From assembly GCA_011389735.1 (NCBI GenBank), contig JAABTS010000005.1:4338-68337 (forward strand): a stretch of DNA of 64,000 nt, given 5' to 3'. How positions within the stretch are numbered: position 1 is the first letter of the stretch; the number at the start of each line of letters is the position of its first letter. The notes under the pieces were generated by a model. The model did no database searches. It saw nothing but the letters and a program-made list of their open reading frames with translations, and was not told the origin of the DNA. The DNA is from Desulfobacteraceae bacterium. GTDB lineage: Bacteria; Desulfobacterota; Desulfobacteria; Desulfobacterales; JAABTS01. Below, one piece after another: positions 1-8,934 of the stretch. The translations under genes were made by a program, and so were the position numbers.

Positions 1-1887
1 TTACCGATCACCGTAGTGGTTACCCTTTCGTCCAGTCTTTTCGTGGCGCTGGTAATCAATCCGGCCCTGACTTCCATCTTTGCGAAAGTAAGAATAAAAG
101 CCGGTGGTGCAAATGCGGAATCCATCGCGGCCGCGGGCGAGAAGCCGATCGAGGTGAAAGGCCCCATATTGAAACTGTATACGGCCTTACTCAAAAGCGT
201 GCTGCAATACCGCATCACCTATACATTCATCTCATTTTTAATCCTCGTTCTTTTATTTCAAATCTGGTTCAATGTGGTCGGATACCGGAAACCGGTCGAA
301 TTTTTCCCCAAAATCGATCCGGACAGCGCCTTTATCAATGTGGAGCCGCCCGAAGGCGCGGATCTAAACTATATCGACAATATAATGAAAACCCTGGAAA
401 TGGCCGTATGCGGTTTTGACATCAAGGCGGACGGCGGCGGCGAGGTGTTTCCGGTTGATCATTATCAGGAATCCCACCAAAAAAAGCTTCATACGAAAAA
501 AAACGGAGAAGAATTTTACAGTTCGAGCGATTTGAAAACCATCGAACACGTTTACGCTTCTGTCGAAGAAACCAGCGGCGGCCTGTCGTTCGGACCGAAC
601 AAGCCGAACCATATCGGAATTCAATTTATCGATATGGAAGATCGGAAGCATCCGTCGATCGAGGATCTCGAAGAAATCCGCCGACGGGTCAAACCGGTTC
701 CCGGCGCCCGGATCACGGTCGATGAAGGCGAAGCCGGCCCTCCTACCGGCGCCCCTATCAATATTGAAATATCGGGAGACGATTTCAGCGCTCTGGGCCG
801 CCTGGCAAAACAAATTCGAAGCATTATCGAGGAAATTCCGCATGTGGAAGATGTGCAGGACGATTATATGGAAGGCATACCTTCGATTCTGGTGTCCATC
901 GACAGACAAAAAGCCGCAATGTTCGGGCTGTCGACGAACGCCATCGGGTTCGCCTTGAAAACGGCTTACAACGGCCTTGAAGTATCGACGTATCGGGAAG
1001 AAGACGACGATTACGATATCACGGTCAAATTACCCGAATCCGCCCGCAAGGACACCAGGGTGCTGCATAAATTGATGATTCCCGGAACCGGTGGAATGCT
1101 CGTACCTCTGACCACCCTGGCGCGAATCGAATACTCGGGAAGCGTCGGCGATATCGTGCGGATCAATCATGAACGCGTGGTGACGGTCAAAGCCGGTGTG
1201 GACGAAGACAAACTCCCCGGCCCCGTTGCACGAGCTCAGGCCGAGGCCCTCCTCCATGATTTCCCGCTTCCGCCCGGATACAACATCAAATTCACCGGCG
1301 AAGAGGAACATCAAAAAGAATCCCAGGAATTTTTATCCAGGGCGTTCATGATCGCCATTTTTTTGATTTTCCTGATCCTGGTCACTTTGTTCAATTCGGT
1401 GGCCCAGCCTCTTATCATTCTGACATCGGTCATTTTATCATTGGGAGGCGCTTTTTTGGGATTGACCGTATTGAAAATGCCCTTCGGAATCATTATGTCC
1501 GGGGTCGGAGTGATTTCTCTGGCGGGCGTAGTGGTCAACAACGCAATCGTGCTGATCGATTATACGAATAAACTGCGCGAACGAGGCATGGGGTTGAACG
1601 AAGCGGTCATTTCGGCCGGCGCAACCAGGCTGCGGCCCGTCATGCTCACCGCAATCACGACGATCCTTGGACTTCTGCCCATGGTAACCGGCGTTTCTTA
1701 CGACTTTCATAAAATGTCCCTGTCTCTGGTCAGCAAATCGACCCAATGGTGGCAATCAATGGCCATTGTGGTCATATTCGGCCTTATCGTCGCTACATTC
1801 CTGACACTGGTGGTCGTGCCCATCCTCTATTCCCTTTTGACATCGGCAGGCGAAAAGATGCAGCGGCTGTTTTCCAGAGAGTCATGA
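1..1887 (+). CDS. RND (AcrB/HAE1-type) efflux transporter inner-membrane subunit, C-terminal ~628 aa; 5' end outside window
   Basis: Frame 1 is open from base 1; the track ORF 16..1887 begins at an internal GTG. Large periplasmic segment followed by a C-terminal TM bundle with AcrB-like motifs (VVNNAIVLIDY, RLRPVMLTAITTILGLLPM). Confidence 0.85.
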   Translation, partial: LPITVVVTLSSSLFVALVINPALTSIFAKVRIKAGGANAESIAAAGEKPIEVKGPILKLYTALLKSVLQYRITYTFISFLILVLLFQIWFNVVGYRKPVEFFPKIDPDSAFINVEPPEGADLNYIDNIMKTLEMAVCGFDIKADGGGEVFPVDHYQESHQKKLHTKKNGEEFYSSSDLKTIEHVYASVEETSGGLSFGPNKPNHIGIQFIDMEDRKHPSIEDLEEIRRRVKPVPGARITVDEGEAGPPTGAPINIEISGDDFSALGRLAKQIRSIIEEIPHVEDVQDDYMEGIPSILVSIDRQKAAMFGLSTNAIGFALKTAYNGLEVSTYREEDDDYDITVKLPESARKDTRVLHKLMIPGTGGMLVPLTTLARIEYSGSVGDIVRINHERVVTVKAGVDEDKLPGPVARAQAEALLHDFPLPPGYNIKFTGEEEHQKESQEFLSRAFMIAIFLIFLILVTLFNSVAQPLIILTSVILSLGGAFLGLTVLKMPFGIIMSGVGVISLAGVVVNNAIVLIDYTNKLRERGMGLNEAVISAGATRLRPVMLTAITTILGLLPMVTGVSYDFHKMSLSLVSKSTQWWQSMAIVVIFGLIVATFLTLVVVPILYSLLTSAGEKMQRLFSRES

Positions 1888-1922
1888 AGCCATCAATTGA
1901 AAGCTCATGAAAAATTTACTAC

Positions 1923-1982
1923 CAGCCTTCAGTAATCAGTAGGGGAAAACTTTGTAATTGTTTACTGAAAACTGAGAGCTGG
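1923..1982 (+). repeat. repeat family E copy (inverted partner at 8857-8922)
   Basis: CAGCCTTCAGTAATCAGTAGGGGAAAACTTTGTAATTGTTTACTGAAAACTGAGAGCTGG. Confidence 0.8.
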
Positions 1983-2030
1983 TAAAGGATAACGGGCATC
2001 TTTCATAAATGCTGATAAATAGTTTACACT

Positions 2031-2110
2031 CCCAAATCGGTATCGAAATCGGCATCGGTATCGGTATCGGTATCGAATTATTACGATTACTATCCCGATC
2101 CCGATTTTGA
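2031..2110. repeat. hexamer-periodic imperfect palindrome (CGGTAT / ATCCCG units)
   Basis: AATCGGTATCGAAATCGGCATCGGTATCGGTATCGGTATCGAATTATTACGATTACTATCCCGATCCCGATTTT, flanked by GTTTACAC...CTGTAAAC. Confidence 0.75.
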
Positions 2111-2501
2111 TGAAACTGTAAACAAGAAATGAAGGATGCCGGATAACGTATTCACAATTTACCATTTCATCGCCTATGAAAAATCGTTATGAGCGCCGTA
2201 ACGCAACGTCTAATTCTCTCGCAATCTGAGCTCTATTGTAGAACAAGACTTCGAGTTTTTTTGAACCGGCGTTAGTCATTGATACATCATGGCGTGCGCC
2301 GGTTGAGCGATCAGCATTTGAAGGCATTGACAGTTGTTCACAATTTTCATGTTCGGAGACGGGATGGAACAACCGCCGCCGAACGGTTTTTTGAAGCGAA
2401 ACATATCGATCTGTTTGAGTGGTTGCTCGACAATATGGATTATCCAGCGCGTCCACGGAAACGGTTTGCTAAAGCGGCTTGACATGAAATGGCCGAAATA
2501 A

Positions 2502-2567
2502 ACTCACCGCAGAGGCGCAAAGTTCGCAGAGGTGGAATAAATCGACTGCTTTGCGTCTTTGTGAGAG
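2502..2567 (+). repeat. repeat family G (CACCGCAGAGGCGCA-type hairpin element)
   Basis: CTCACCGCAGAGGCGCAAAGTTCGCAGAGGTGGAATAAATCGACTGCTTTGCGTCTTTGTGAGAG. An inverted copy lies at 23468-23543. Confidence 0.7.
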
Positions 2568-2576
2568 ATATATTTT

Positions 2577-3719
2577 TTACATCCCCATGAATTTAGCCGC
2601 AATATTTTTCATAATTTCATTGGTTCCGGCGAATATGGACATCACACGGGCGTCCCGGCGGGCCCGGGCGATCGGGTTCGATTCCAGTGTTCCGTAATCG
2701 CCGAGCAGTTCCAGGCATCTGTCGGCGATCCGGTTGGGCAGATCGGTGGCCCAGTATTTCGCCATGGATGTCTCGACGATGATATTCAAGCCTTCGACAT
2801 GGTCTTCAACCAGTTTTTCCATGAAGGTTCTGCCGACTTTGATGTCGGCGCTCATTTCCACCAATGCGAATTGAACCGCCTGCTGCTTGATCAGCGGTTT
2901 CCCGTTGATTTCTATCTTGCGGCAGGATTCCAGGGTATATTCACAGATTCGTTCGGCTGCGGCGACTCCGCCGAGAGCACAAGTCAACCGTTCCTGCTGG
3001 AGTTTTTCCATGAGCATGAGAAACCCGCCGCCCGGCTGTCCGAGCCGGTTAGACGCCGGAATCCGGCAATTGTTGAAAAACAGTTCCGACGTGTCCTGAG
3101 AATGCCAGCCCATTTTATCCAATTTTTTCCCCTTGTCAAATCCCGGCGTCCCGGCGTCGACAATATATAATGAAATGGATTGATGTTTGTTTTCAACCGC
3201 CGGGTCCGTGGCCGCCACAATGACCAGATCGCAAAGAACGCCATTCGATATGAACGTTTTAGAGCCGTTTATGATGATGTCATCGCCGTCGGCGACGCCA
3301 GTGGTTTTCATGCCCGCCAGATCGCTCCCGGCGTCCGGTTCCGTCATGGCCACGGCTGTGACGATGTCTCCGGACACGCATCCCGGCAGGTATTTGCGTT
3401 TCTGTGCTTCGGAACCGAAGGACTGGATGTAGGGGACGATGATGTCGCTGTGGAGGGGCGCAGCCAGACCGGTTATCCATGTATGGCTCATTTCTTCGCT
3501 GACGATCAGCGCATACCGGTAATCTCCGCCCAATCCGCCGTATTCTTGAGGAACCGAGGGACACAAAAACCCTTCCCGGCCCATTTTTCGCCAGATCTCC
3601 CTGGGAACCATTCGTTCGCTTTCCCATTGATCGGCGTAAGGCGTGACTTCCCGGGCCAGAAAGACTTTTAGCCGTTCCCGGAATCGATGATGGTCTTCGG
3701 TGTATTGGATAATGTTCAC
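2577..3719 (-). CDS. acyl-CoA dehydrogenase (LCAD/IVD-like C-terminal motif)
   Basis: 380 aa with ACAD motifs TEPDAGSD, GSKTFISNG and C-terminal IFAGTNEIMKNIAAK. GTG start overlaps the upstream stop (GTGA). Confidence 0.9.
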   Translation of the reverse strand: MNIIQYTEDHHRFRERLKVFLAREVTPYADQWESERMVPREIWRKMGREGFLCPSVPQEYGGLGGDYRYALIVSEEMSHTWITGLAAPLHSDIIVPYIQSFGSEAQKRKYLPGCVSGDIVTAVAMTEPDAGSDLAGMKTTGVADGDDIIINGSKTFISNGVLCDLVIVAATDPAVENKHQSISLYIVDAGTPGFDKGKKLDKMGWHSQDTSELFFNNCRIPASNRLGQPGGGFLMLMEKLQQERLTCALGGVAAAERICEYTLESCRKIEINGKPLIKQQAVQFALVEMSADIKVGRTFMEKLVEDHVEGLNIIVETSMAKYWATDLPNRIADRCLELLGDYGTLESNPIARARRDARVMSIFAGTNEIMKNIAAKFMGM

Positions 3720-4858
3720 GGCCGCCTCCTTTTCGGACCGATCACGGCGCCTGCCACGTCGTCCTTATGGGAATGAACGGTTCCCAGGGTGATCTGGTTC
3801 GTTTTCGCGTCCCGGAAAAACCGTTCCACATCCTGTTCGGTCATATAGCCGTATCCTCCCAGCAACTGGATCGCCTCGTCACAGACCTCGACCGCGGCTT
3901 TGGACGCCGTCATTTTTGCGATGGCGATTTGTGTTGAATCTGCGCGGCCCTTGTCGAACAATGCTGCCGTATGGTAGGCGAACAGCCGCGCCGATTCGAT
4001 TTTAACCGCCATATCGGCGATTTTGTGTCGAGTGATTTGAAAGGCCGACAGTTTCCGCCCGAATTGCTCCCGCTGTTTCACATACGCCAGCGCACGGTCG
4101 AACGCGCCCCTGGCGATTCCGACGGCTTCGGCGGCGGCCCGGATTCGTCTTTCATCGATAACCGCCTTTAGCTGTCGCAGGCCCAGGCCCGGTTCGCCGC
4201 CGATCAGATTTGCGTCCGGAACCCTGACGTTTCGAAATTCAACGTCCGACACAGGAGCCATGTTGCCGCCCAGCCGTTTACCGACATCGCGGACTTCGAC
4301 GCCCTCACGTTCCGAATCGATCAAAATCAGGACAGGTTCGGAACCTGCGGCGCAAAGCACGATAAGGCAACCGGCCTTATCCGCATTGACGACATACCGT
4401 TTATAACCGTTGATCACCCAATCGTTTCCGTCTCGGACCGCCGTGGTTTGAATTGTCGATACCGGGCCGTCCTGAAGCGTTTCAATGTAAGCCGCCGTTG
4501 AAAGCGTTTCGCCTCGGGCCACGGCGCTCAAATATCCGGCTTTCAAATCGCCGTTCGCAAAGCGGGCGAAGCATTCGCAACCGAAATCCGCGGACATCAG
4601 CGCGGATCCCATGCTCGAATCCTTTCGGCAAAATGTTTCCGCCACGATACAGGCGTCGAACAAGCCTGATCCGCCGCCTTCGAAGGATTCGGGAAAAGTG
4701 ATCCCTATAAATCCGAGTTCCGCCGCTTTTTTCCATTGGGCTTCGGGAAATTCTCGCCGCTTTTCCATTTCCAGGATAGCCTCCCTGTCGAATTCTCCAA
4801 CTGCGAATTCTCGGGCCGCTTTTTGAATTTCCTTTTGAGATCTTGAAAATTCAATCAT
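3716..4858 (-). CDS. acyl-CoA dehydrogenase family protein (divergent C-terminus)
   Basis: ACAD-like throughout (FPESFEGGGSG, RFFRDAKTNQITLGT). The track start 4879 is TTG; the ATG at 4858 (MIEFSRSQKE...) sits 1 nt after the thiolase stop and is preferred. Confidence 0.85.
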   Translation of the reverse strand: MIEFSRSQKEIQKAAREFAVGEFDREAILEMEKRREFPEAQWKKAAELGFIGITFPESFEGGGSGLFDACIVAETFCRKDSSMGSALMSADFGCECFARFANGDLKAGYLSAVARGETLSTAAYIETLQDGPVSTIQTTAVRDGNDWVINGYKRYVVNADKAGCLIVLCAAGSEPVLILIDSEREGVEVRDVGKRLGGNMAPVSDVEFRNVRVPDANLIGGEPGLGLRQLKAVIDERRIRAAAEAVGIARGAFDRALAYVKQREQFGRKLSAFQITRHKIADMAVKIESARLFAYHTAALFDKGRADSTQIAIAKMTASKAAVEVCDEAIQLLGGYGYMTEQDVERFFRDAKTNQITLGTVHSHKDDVAGAVIGPKRRRP

Positions 4859-4859
4859 A

Positions 4860-6068
4860 TCATCCCTCGTACCGGCCAATAATGGATATCGCGCAAATAT
4901 TCTGAAATGGAAACCCTCCGAGATTATGAGTCAAACCGTATTTCGGATTTTCCAGTTGACGGTCGCCCGCCCGTTCGTGGAGCTGAAGGTACATTTCATA
5001 GAGCATCCGCAGGCCGGACGCGCCGATGGGATGACCGAAACATTTCAAGCCTCCGTCGGTCTGGCAGGGAACTTGGCCGTCCAGGTCGTACTTACCGTCC
5101 AGCGCCTCTTTCCAGGCTTTTCCGCGTTCGGAAACATGAAGATCCTCGTATGTCACCAGTTCCGTGATCGAAAAACAGTCATGCACTTCCATCATGCTGA
5201 TTTCTTTGACGGGATCGGTGATTCCGGCTTCCTTGTAAGCGAGCGTGCTGCATTTGCTGGTAGTCATGAAATGATCGCCCTCCCATTCGTTAAAAGCCGC
5301 TTCCTCTCCACTGCTCAAAGCGATCTGAAGCGCTTTGACGCTCACGAAATTTTTTTTGCCCATCTTGGCGGCGATTTCCGGAGTAGTGACGATCGCGCAC
5401 GCCGATCCATCGCTCACGCCGCAGCAATCGAACAATCCCAAAGGGTGAGCAATGATCGGCGCTCCTATGACCTGATCTTCGGTCACGGCTTTTCTAAGGT
5501 GCGCCTTGGGATTCAACAACCCGTTGGCGTGGCTTTTGACCGATACGTGAGCTATGGCGCGTTTCAGATCCTTATCCGGGATTTTGTATCTGTCGGCATA
5601 GGCGCCGGCCAGTTGAGCGAACGCGCCGGGAGCGGACAGGTTGGGCCACCACTGCCAGGTGAGCGTCCCCATGCCAGAACCAGGATTGGGCAGACCTCCG
5701 TATCCGGTGTCTTTCAGTTTTTCCACGCCCAGGGCCAGACATATGTCATAAGCGCCGGAAGCCACCGCGTAACAGGCTCCCCGGAACGCCTCCGTGCCAG
5801 TGGCGCAATAGTTTTCGGCCCGGGTTACCGGGATCATGGGGAGCCTCAAAGTCACCGCCAGCGGCATGGCGGTTTTGCCCACATTCACCTCGTCCATGCA
5901 CGTCCCCAGCCAGGCCGCTTCAATGTCCTTCTTTTCGATTCCGGCGTCGGCCAGGCATTCCTCGAAGGCCTCGACCATGAGTTCCTCGGCGCCCACGTCC
6001 CAGCGCTCGCCGAACCTGGTGCATCCCATTCCGATGATGGCGACTTTATCTCGTATTCCTGTGGCCAT
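4860..6068 (-). CDS. SCPx/Ltp-type thiolase (DUF35-associated thiolase family)
   Basis: 402 aa. Nucleophile motif ENYCATGTEAF, C-terminal HDCFSITE and GGLKCFGHPIGASG, typical of non-specific lipid-transfer-type thiolases. Confidence 0.85.
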   Translation of the reverse strand: MATGIRDKVAIIGMGCTRFGERWDVGAEELMVEAFEECLADAGIEKKDIEAAWLGTCMDEVNVGKTAMPLAVTLRLPMIPVTRAENYCATGTEAFRGACYAVASGAYDICLALGVEKLKDTGYGGLPNPGSGMGTLTWQWWPNLSAPGAFAQLAGAYADRYKIPDKDLKRAIAHVSVKSHANGLLNPKAHLRKAVTEDQVIGAPIIAHPLGLFDCCGVSDGSACAIVTTPEIAAKMGKKNFVSVKALQIALSSGEEAAFNEWEGDHFMTTSKCSTLAYKEAGITDPVKEISMMEVHDCFSITELVTYEDLHVSERGKAWKEALDGKYDLDGQVPCQTDGGLKCFGHPIGASGLRMLYEMYLQLHERAGDRQLENPKYGLTHNLGGFPFQNICAISIIGRYEG

Positions 6069-6080
6069 GGATCGTCCCTC

Positions 6081-8810
6081 CTATTTCATTTTGAATAGCT
6101 TTTCAATAAGCCGGGATTTCATCATGTCTCCTTCGATGATGAGTTTGCCCGCCGTAAACGCCTGCATGGGATTGAGTTCGCCTTCCGCCATGCGCACGAA
6201 ATCCGAATCCGTCATTTTGATCGTGCATGCCGGCTTTTCCGCGACGCCCTTGCTGATATCGCATTGTTGATCCCTGACCGCGACCGTCCAGTCGCCGCCT
6301 TTGGCGCCCGATATCTTATACTGAAACACCACATCGACGCCGGCCGCCGCATCGGCTTGAAAAACTTCCGGCATCCGGTCAAATACGGCCTGGGGATCGG
6401 TTTCATCCGATTTTTTCGCCGTATCCGCAGTTTCATCGGCAGGCGGCGGGGTCATCATATCCATCAGCGCCGCGTTCAGATCGTTCAACTCCTTTGCGCC
6501 GGTCAAATCATTGACGGCGTCAAACTGTTCATGGATCGTTTCAAGGGTCGGCGGATGTTCCCCGTGGCCCAACGCCACGGTTTTACCGGTCATGACGGCG
6601 GCCCGGTCGTAATAGCCCATGCCCGCATTGAAAATCGCTCCGGTTTCCCGGCAATCATCGCTGCACAGATAAAGAACCATCGGGGCCACATATTCCGGTT
6701 TCATTTTCTCGAAAATATCCGGAGGCAGGATGTCTTCGGTAAGCCGGGACGCAGCCAGAGGGGCAATGGTGTTCACTTTGATGTCATATTTGGCGCCTTC
6801 CAGCTTAAGCGCGTTCATCATGCCCACCAGCCCCATCTTGGCCGACGAATAATTGGTCTGGCCGAAATTGCCGTACAAACCGGCGGCCGACGTGGTCATG
6901 ACGATCCGGCCGTATCCGTTTTCTTTCATTACCTTGAACGCGGGCCGGGTGACATGGTAGGCGCCGTTCAGATGAACGTCCAGAACAGCACCCCAGTCCG
7001 AGGGTTCCTGTTTCAAGAAGCTTTTGTCGCGCAAAATACCCGCGTTGTTGATGACGATATCGATCCGGCCGAAGGCGTCGAGCGCCGTTTGGACTATTTG
7101 TTCCCCGCCTTCGGGCGTTGCCACGTTGTTGTAATCGGCGACGGCCCGGCCGCCGGCCGTTTTGATTTCCTCGACCACGCGATCCGCGGCCGACTCGGAA
7201 CCCGACCCCGCGCCGTCTCTCGAACCGCCCAGATCGTTGACCACTACTTTTGCGCCGCGGGCCGCCAGTTCCAGAGCGTAAATCCGCCCCAGCCCTCCTC
7301 CCGCGCCGGTGATCACCGCAACCCGGCCGTCAAAGGAAATCTTGTTCATCTCGGCCGCCGCTCCTGGAACAGGCGCCGCTTTCCAGAAATAATTCGTGAA
7401 CCCTCGTTCTTTGTCTTCGGACCGTTTACGGAACATCATGAACACCGGGAGCCCGACCTTGATATCGTCCAGCTTGCAGTCCGTAAAATCGGCCATGAAC
7501 CGTCCGCCATCGTCGAACTGCACCATGCCGTAAATATGCGGAGGATCGACGGACACCGCCAGCAGATCCCCCGTGAAAGTCTTGACCCGGGCGGACCGTT
7601 CCGAAAATTCGAAATCGTCCTGGCTGCGAACGGCTCCGCATTTCGGGTTGACGCAAATATCCATTTTTGGAAATTGCGGCGTCCCGCATTCCCTGCATTT
7701 GCCGCCGACCAGCCCGAGAAGCATTTTACGGTTCCGGTACAGCGTGGTCATGGCCGTTTGAGTGGGCGCTTCGGCCCGGATTCCCATATCGGTTTGGATC
7801 AAGTTCCGGAATTTCAGAAACTTTGCGTAATTATCCGTGGTCTGCTTATGTTCAAGCGATCCGGAAACGCCCCGGCGCGGAGCTAATTCTTTTATCGAAT
7901 CGGTCACCCGGAAACACAGCGCGTTGCATCCCTGACCAAATCCGGCCATGACGATTCGATCTCCGGGGCTGGCCGTTTCCAGAGCGGAGGCCAGCATCAC
8001 CAGGGGATGAGCTGTTCCGGTTTCGCCGCTGACTTCATGCATGTTGTCCACGGCTTTCGCCGGATCGGCGCCCAGCGCTTTGGCGATTTTTTTATGCTCC
8101 GCCTTGAAAAAACAGGGATAAACCAACGTGTCGATATCGGCGATGGCCAGCCCCAGCTTTTGAAGCAGTCCGTTGACGGCTTCGGGAATGATTTTGGAAT
8201 AGCCTTCGTCCCGCGCCCATCGTTCCTCCCATACGTAATCATATGAATGTCCCTTGCCGCGATAATGATCTACAAAATCACGGGAAATCGAGTACGATCC
8301 CAGATATTCCGCGATCACGTTTTCATCGCCCACGGAAAAGGCGGCGGCTCCGTCGCCGTACCACATTTCATAAAACGTCGCCGCCCTGGTTTCTCTCCGG
8401 TCGGCGGCCGCAGCCAGAACATTACGGCGTTCTTTGCTTTTTACGGCTTCCAGAGCCGCAATCAGAGCCGAACTTCCGGCTTTTTGAGACGCCGTGAAAT
8501 CGGACGTCAGGATATGCTCGTCAAGGTTCAACGCCGCCGCTACGACTCCGGAATTCTGCCGGTCTTCGAACGGCATGGTCGTGGACGCCATGTACAGGGC
8601 GTCGAAACGTCGCCTGTCGCACCCGGCGATACAATCCCGGGAGGCTTCGACCGCCATTGTAATGGAATCTTCGTCCCAGTTGCACATGGATCTTTCTCCC
8701 TGGGCGACCATCACGATCGCCGGAGCGAACCAGCCCATGGTTTGATAAATGGACATCCGGTTCAACCTCAACCGGGGAATATATGCGCCATATGATGTTA
8801 TACCTATCAT
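6081..8810 (-). CDS. four-domain fusion: HMG-CoA-synthase/KASIII-like thiolase-fold domain + DUF35 (Zn-ribbon/OB) + MFE-2-type SDR + SCP2 sterol-carrier domain
   Basis: 909 aa. Strong SD (GGAGGA) before the ATG at 8810. Zn ribbon CRECGTPQFPKMDICVNPKCG. SDR motifs TGAGGGLG, NNAG, YSSAK. C-terminal SCP2-like FTAGKLIIEGDMMKSRLIEKLF. Confidence 0.8.
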   Translation of the reverse strand: MIGITSYGAYIPRLRLNRMSIYQTMGWFAPAIVMVAQGERSMCNWDEDSITMAVEASRDCIAGCDRRRFDALYMASTTMPFEDRQNSGVVAAALNLDEHILTSDFTASQKAGSSALIAALEAVKSKERRNVLAAAADRRETRAATFYEMWYGDGAAAFSVGDENVIAEYLGSYSISRDFVDHYRGKGHSYDYVWEERWARDEGYSKIIPEAVNGLLQKLGLAIADIDTLVYPCFFKAEHKKIAKALGADPAKAVDNMHEVSGETGTAHPLVMLASALETASPGDRIVMAGFGQGCNALCFRVTDSIKELAPRRGVSGSLEHKQTTDNYAKFLKFRNLIQTDMGIRAEAPTQTAMTTLYRNRKMLLGLVGGKCRECGTPQFPKMDICVNPKCGAVRSQDDFEFSERSARVKTFTGDLLAVSVDPPHIYGMVQFDDGGRFMADFTDCKLDDIKVGLPVFMMFRKRSEDKERGFTNYFWKAAPVPGAAAEMNKISFDGRVAVITGAGGGLGRIYALELAARGAKVVVNDLGGSRDGAGSGSESAADRVVEEIKTAGGRAVADYNNVATPEGGEQIVQTALDAFGRIDIVINNAGILRDKSFLKQEPSDWGAVLDVHLNGAYHVTRPAFKVMKENGYGRIVMTTSAAGLYGNFGQTNYSSAKMGLVGMMNALKLEGAKYDIKVNTIAPLAASRLTEDILPPDIFEKMKPEYVAPMVLYLCSDDCRETGAIFNAGMGYYDRAAVMTGKTVALGHGEHPPTLETIHEQFDAVNDLTGAKELNDLNAALMDMMTPPPADETADTAKKSDETDPQAVFDRMPEVFQADAAAGVDVVFQYKISGAKGGDWTVAVRDQQCDISKGVAEKPACTIKMTDSDFVRMAEGELNPMQAFTAGKLIIEGDMMKSRLIEKLFKMK

Positions 8811-8856
8811 TTCAGGGTTCCTCCTGGATATTTGTCTTAATATCAGCTTTCAGTTG

Positions 8857-8922
8857 CCAGCTCTCAGTTTTCGTTTTCAGTAGACAATTACAAAGTTTTC
8901 CCCTGCTGATTACTGAAGGCTG
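8857..8922 (-). repeat. repeat family E copy
   Basis: The reverse complement matches 1923-1982, differing only by two substitutions and one extra GAAAAC unit. Confidence 0.8.
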
Positions 8923-8934
8923 ACGGCTGACTAC

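Noticed and set aside
4926-7886. Long plus-strand ORFs (390 aa at 4926..6098, 540 aa at 6264..7886) opposite the thiolase and fusion genes
   Set aside because: They are antisense shadows of well-supported minus-strand genes, with Arg/Gly/His-rich low-complexity translations. The same holds for 9151..9987, 13724..14359, 17896..18528, 20124..20840, 39212..40391, 41281..41919, 45090..45827, 46364..47293, 49801..50400, 50767..51435, 58109..58720 and 59647..60751.
1923-8922. Invertible DNA switch formed by the 60-bp inverted repeats
   Set aside because: There is no recombinase or invertase nearby. Inversion of a 6.9-kb four-gene block would have no obvious promoter logic. A dispersed repeat occurring twice is more parsimonious. 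It is retained as a low-interest finding only.
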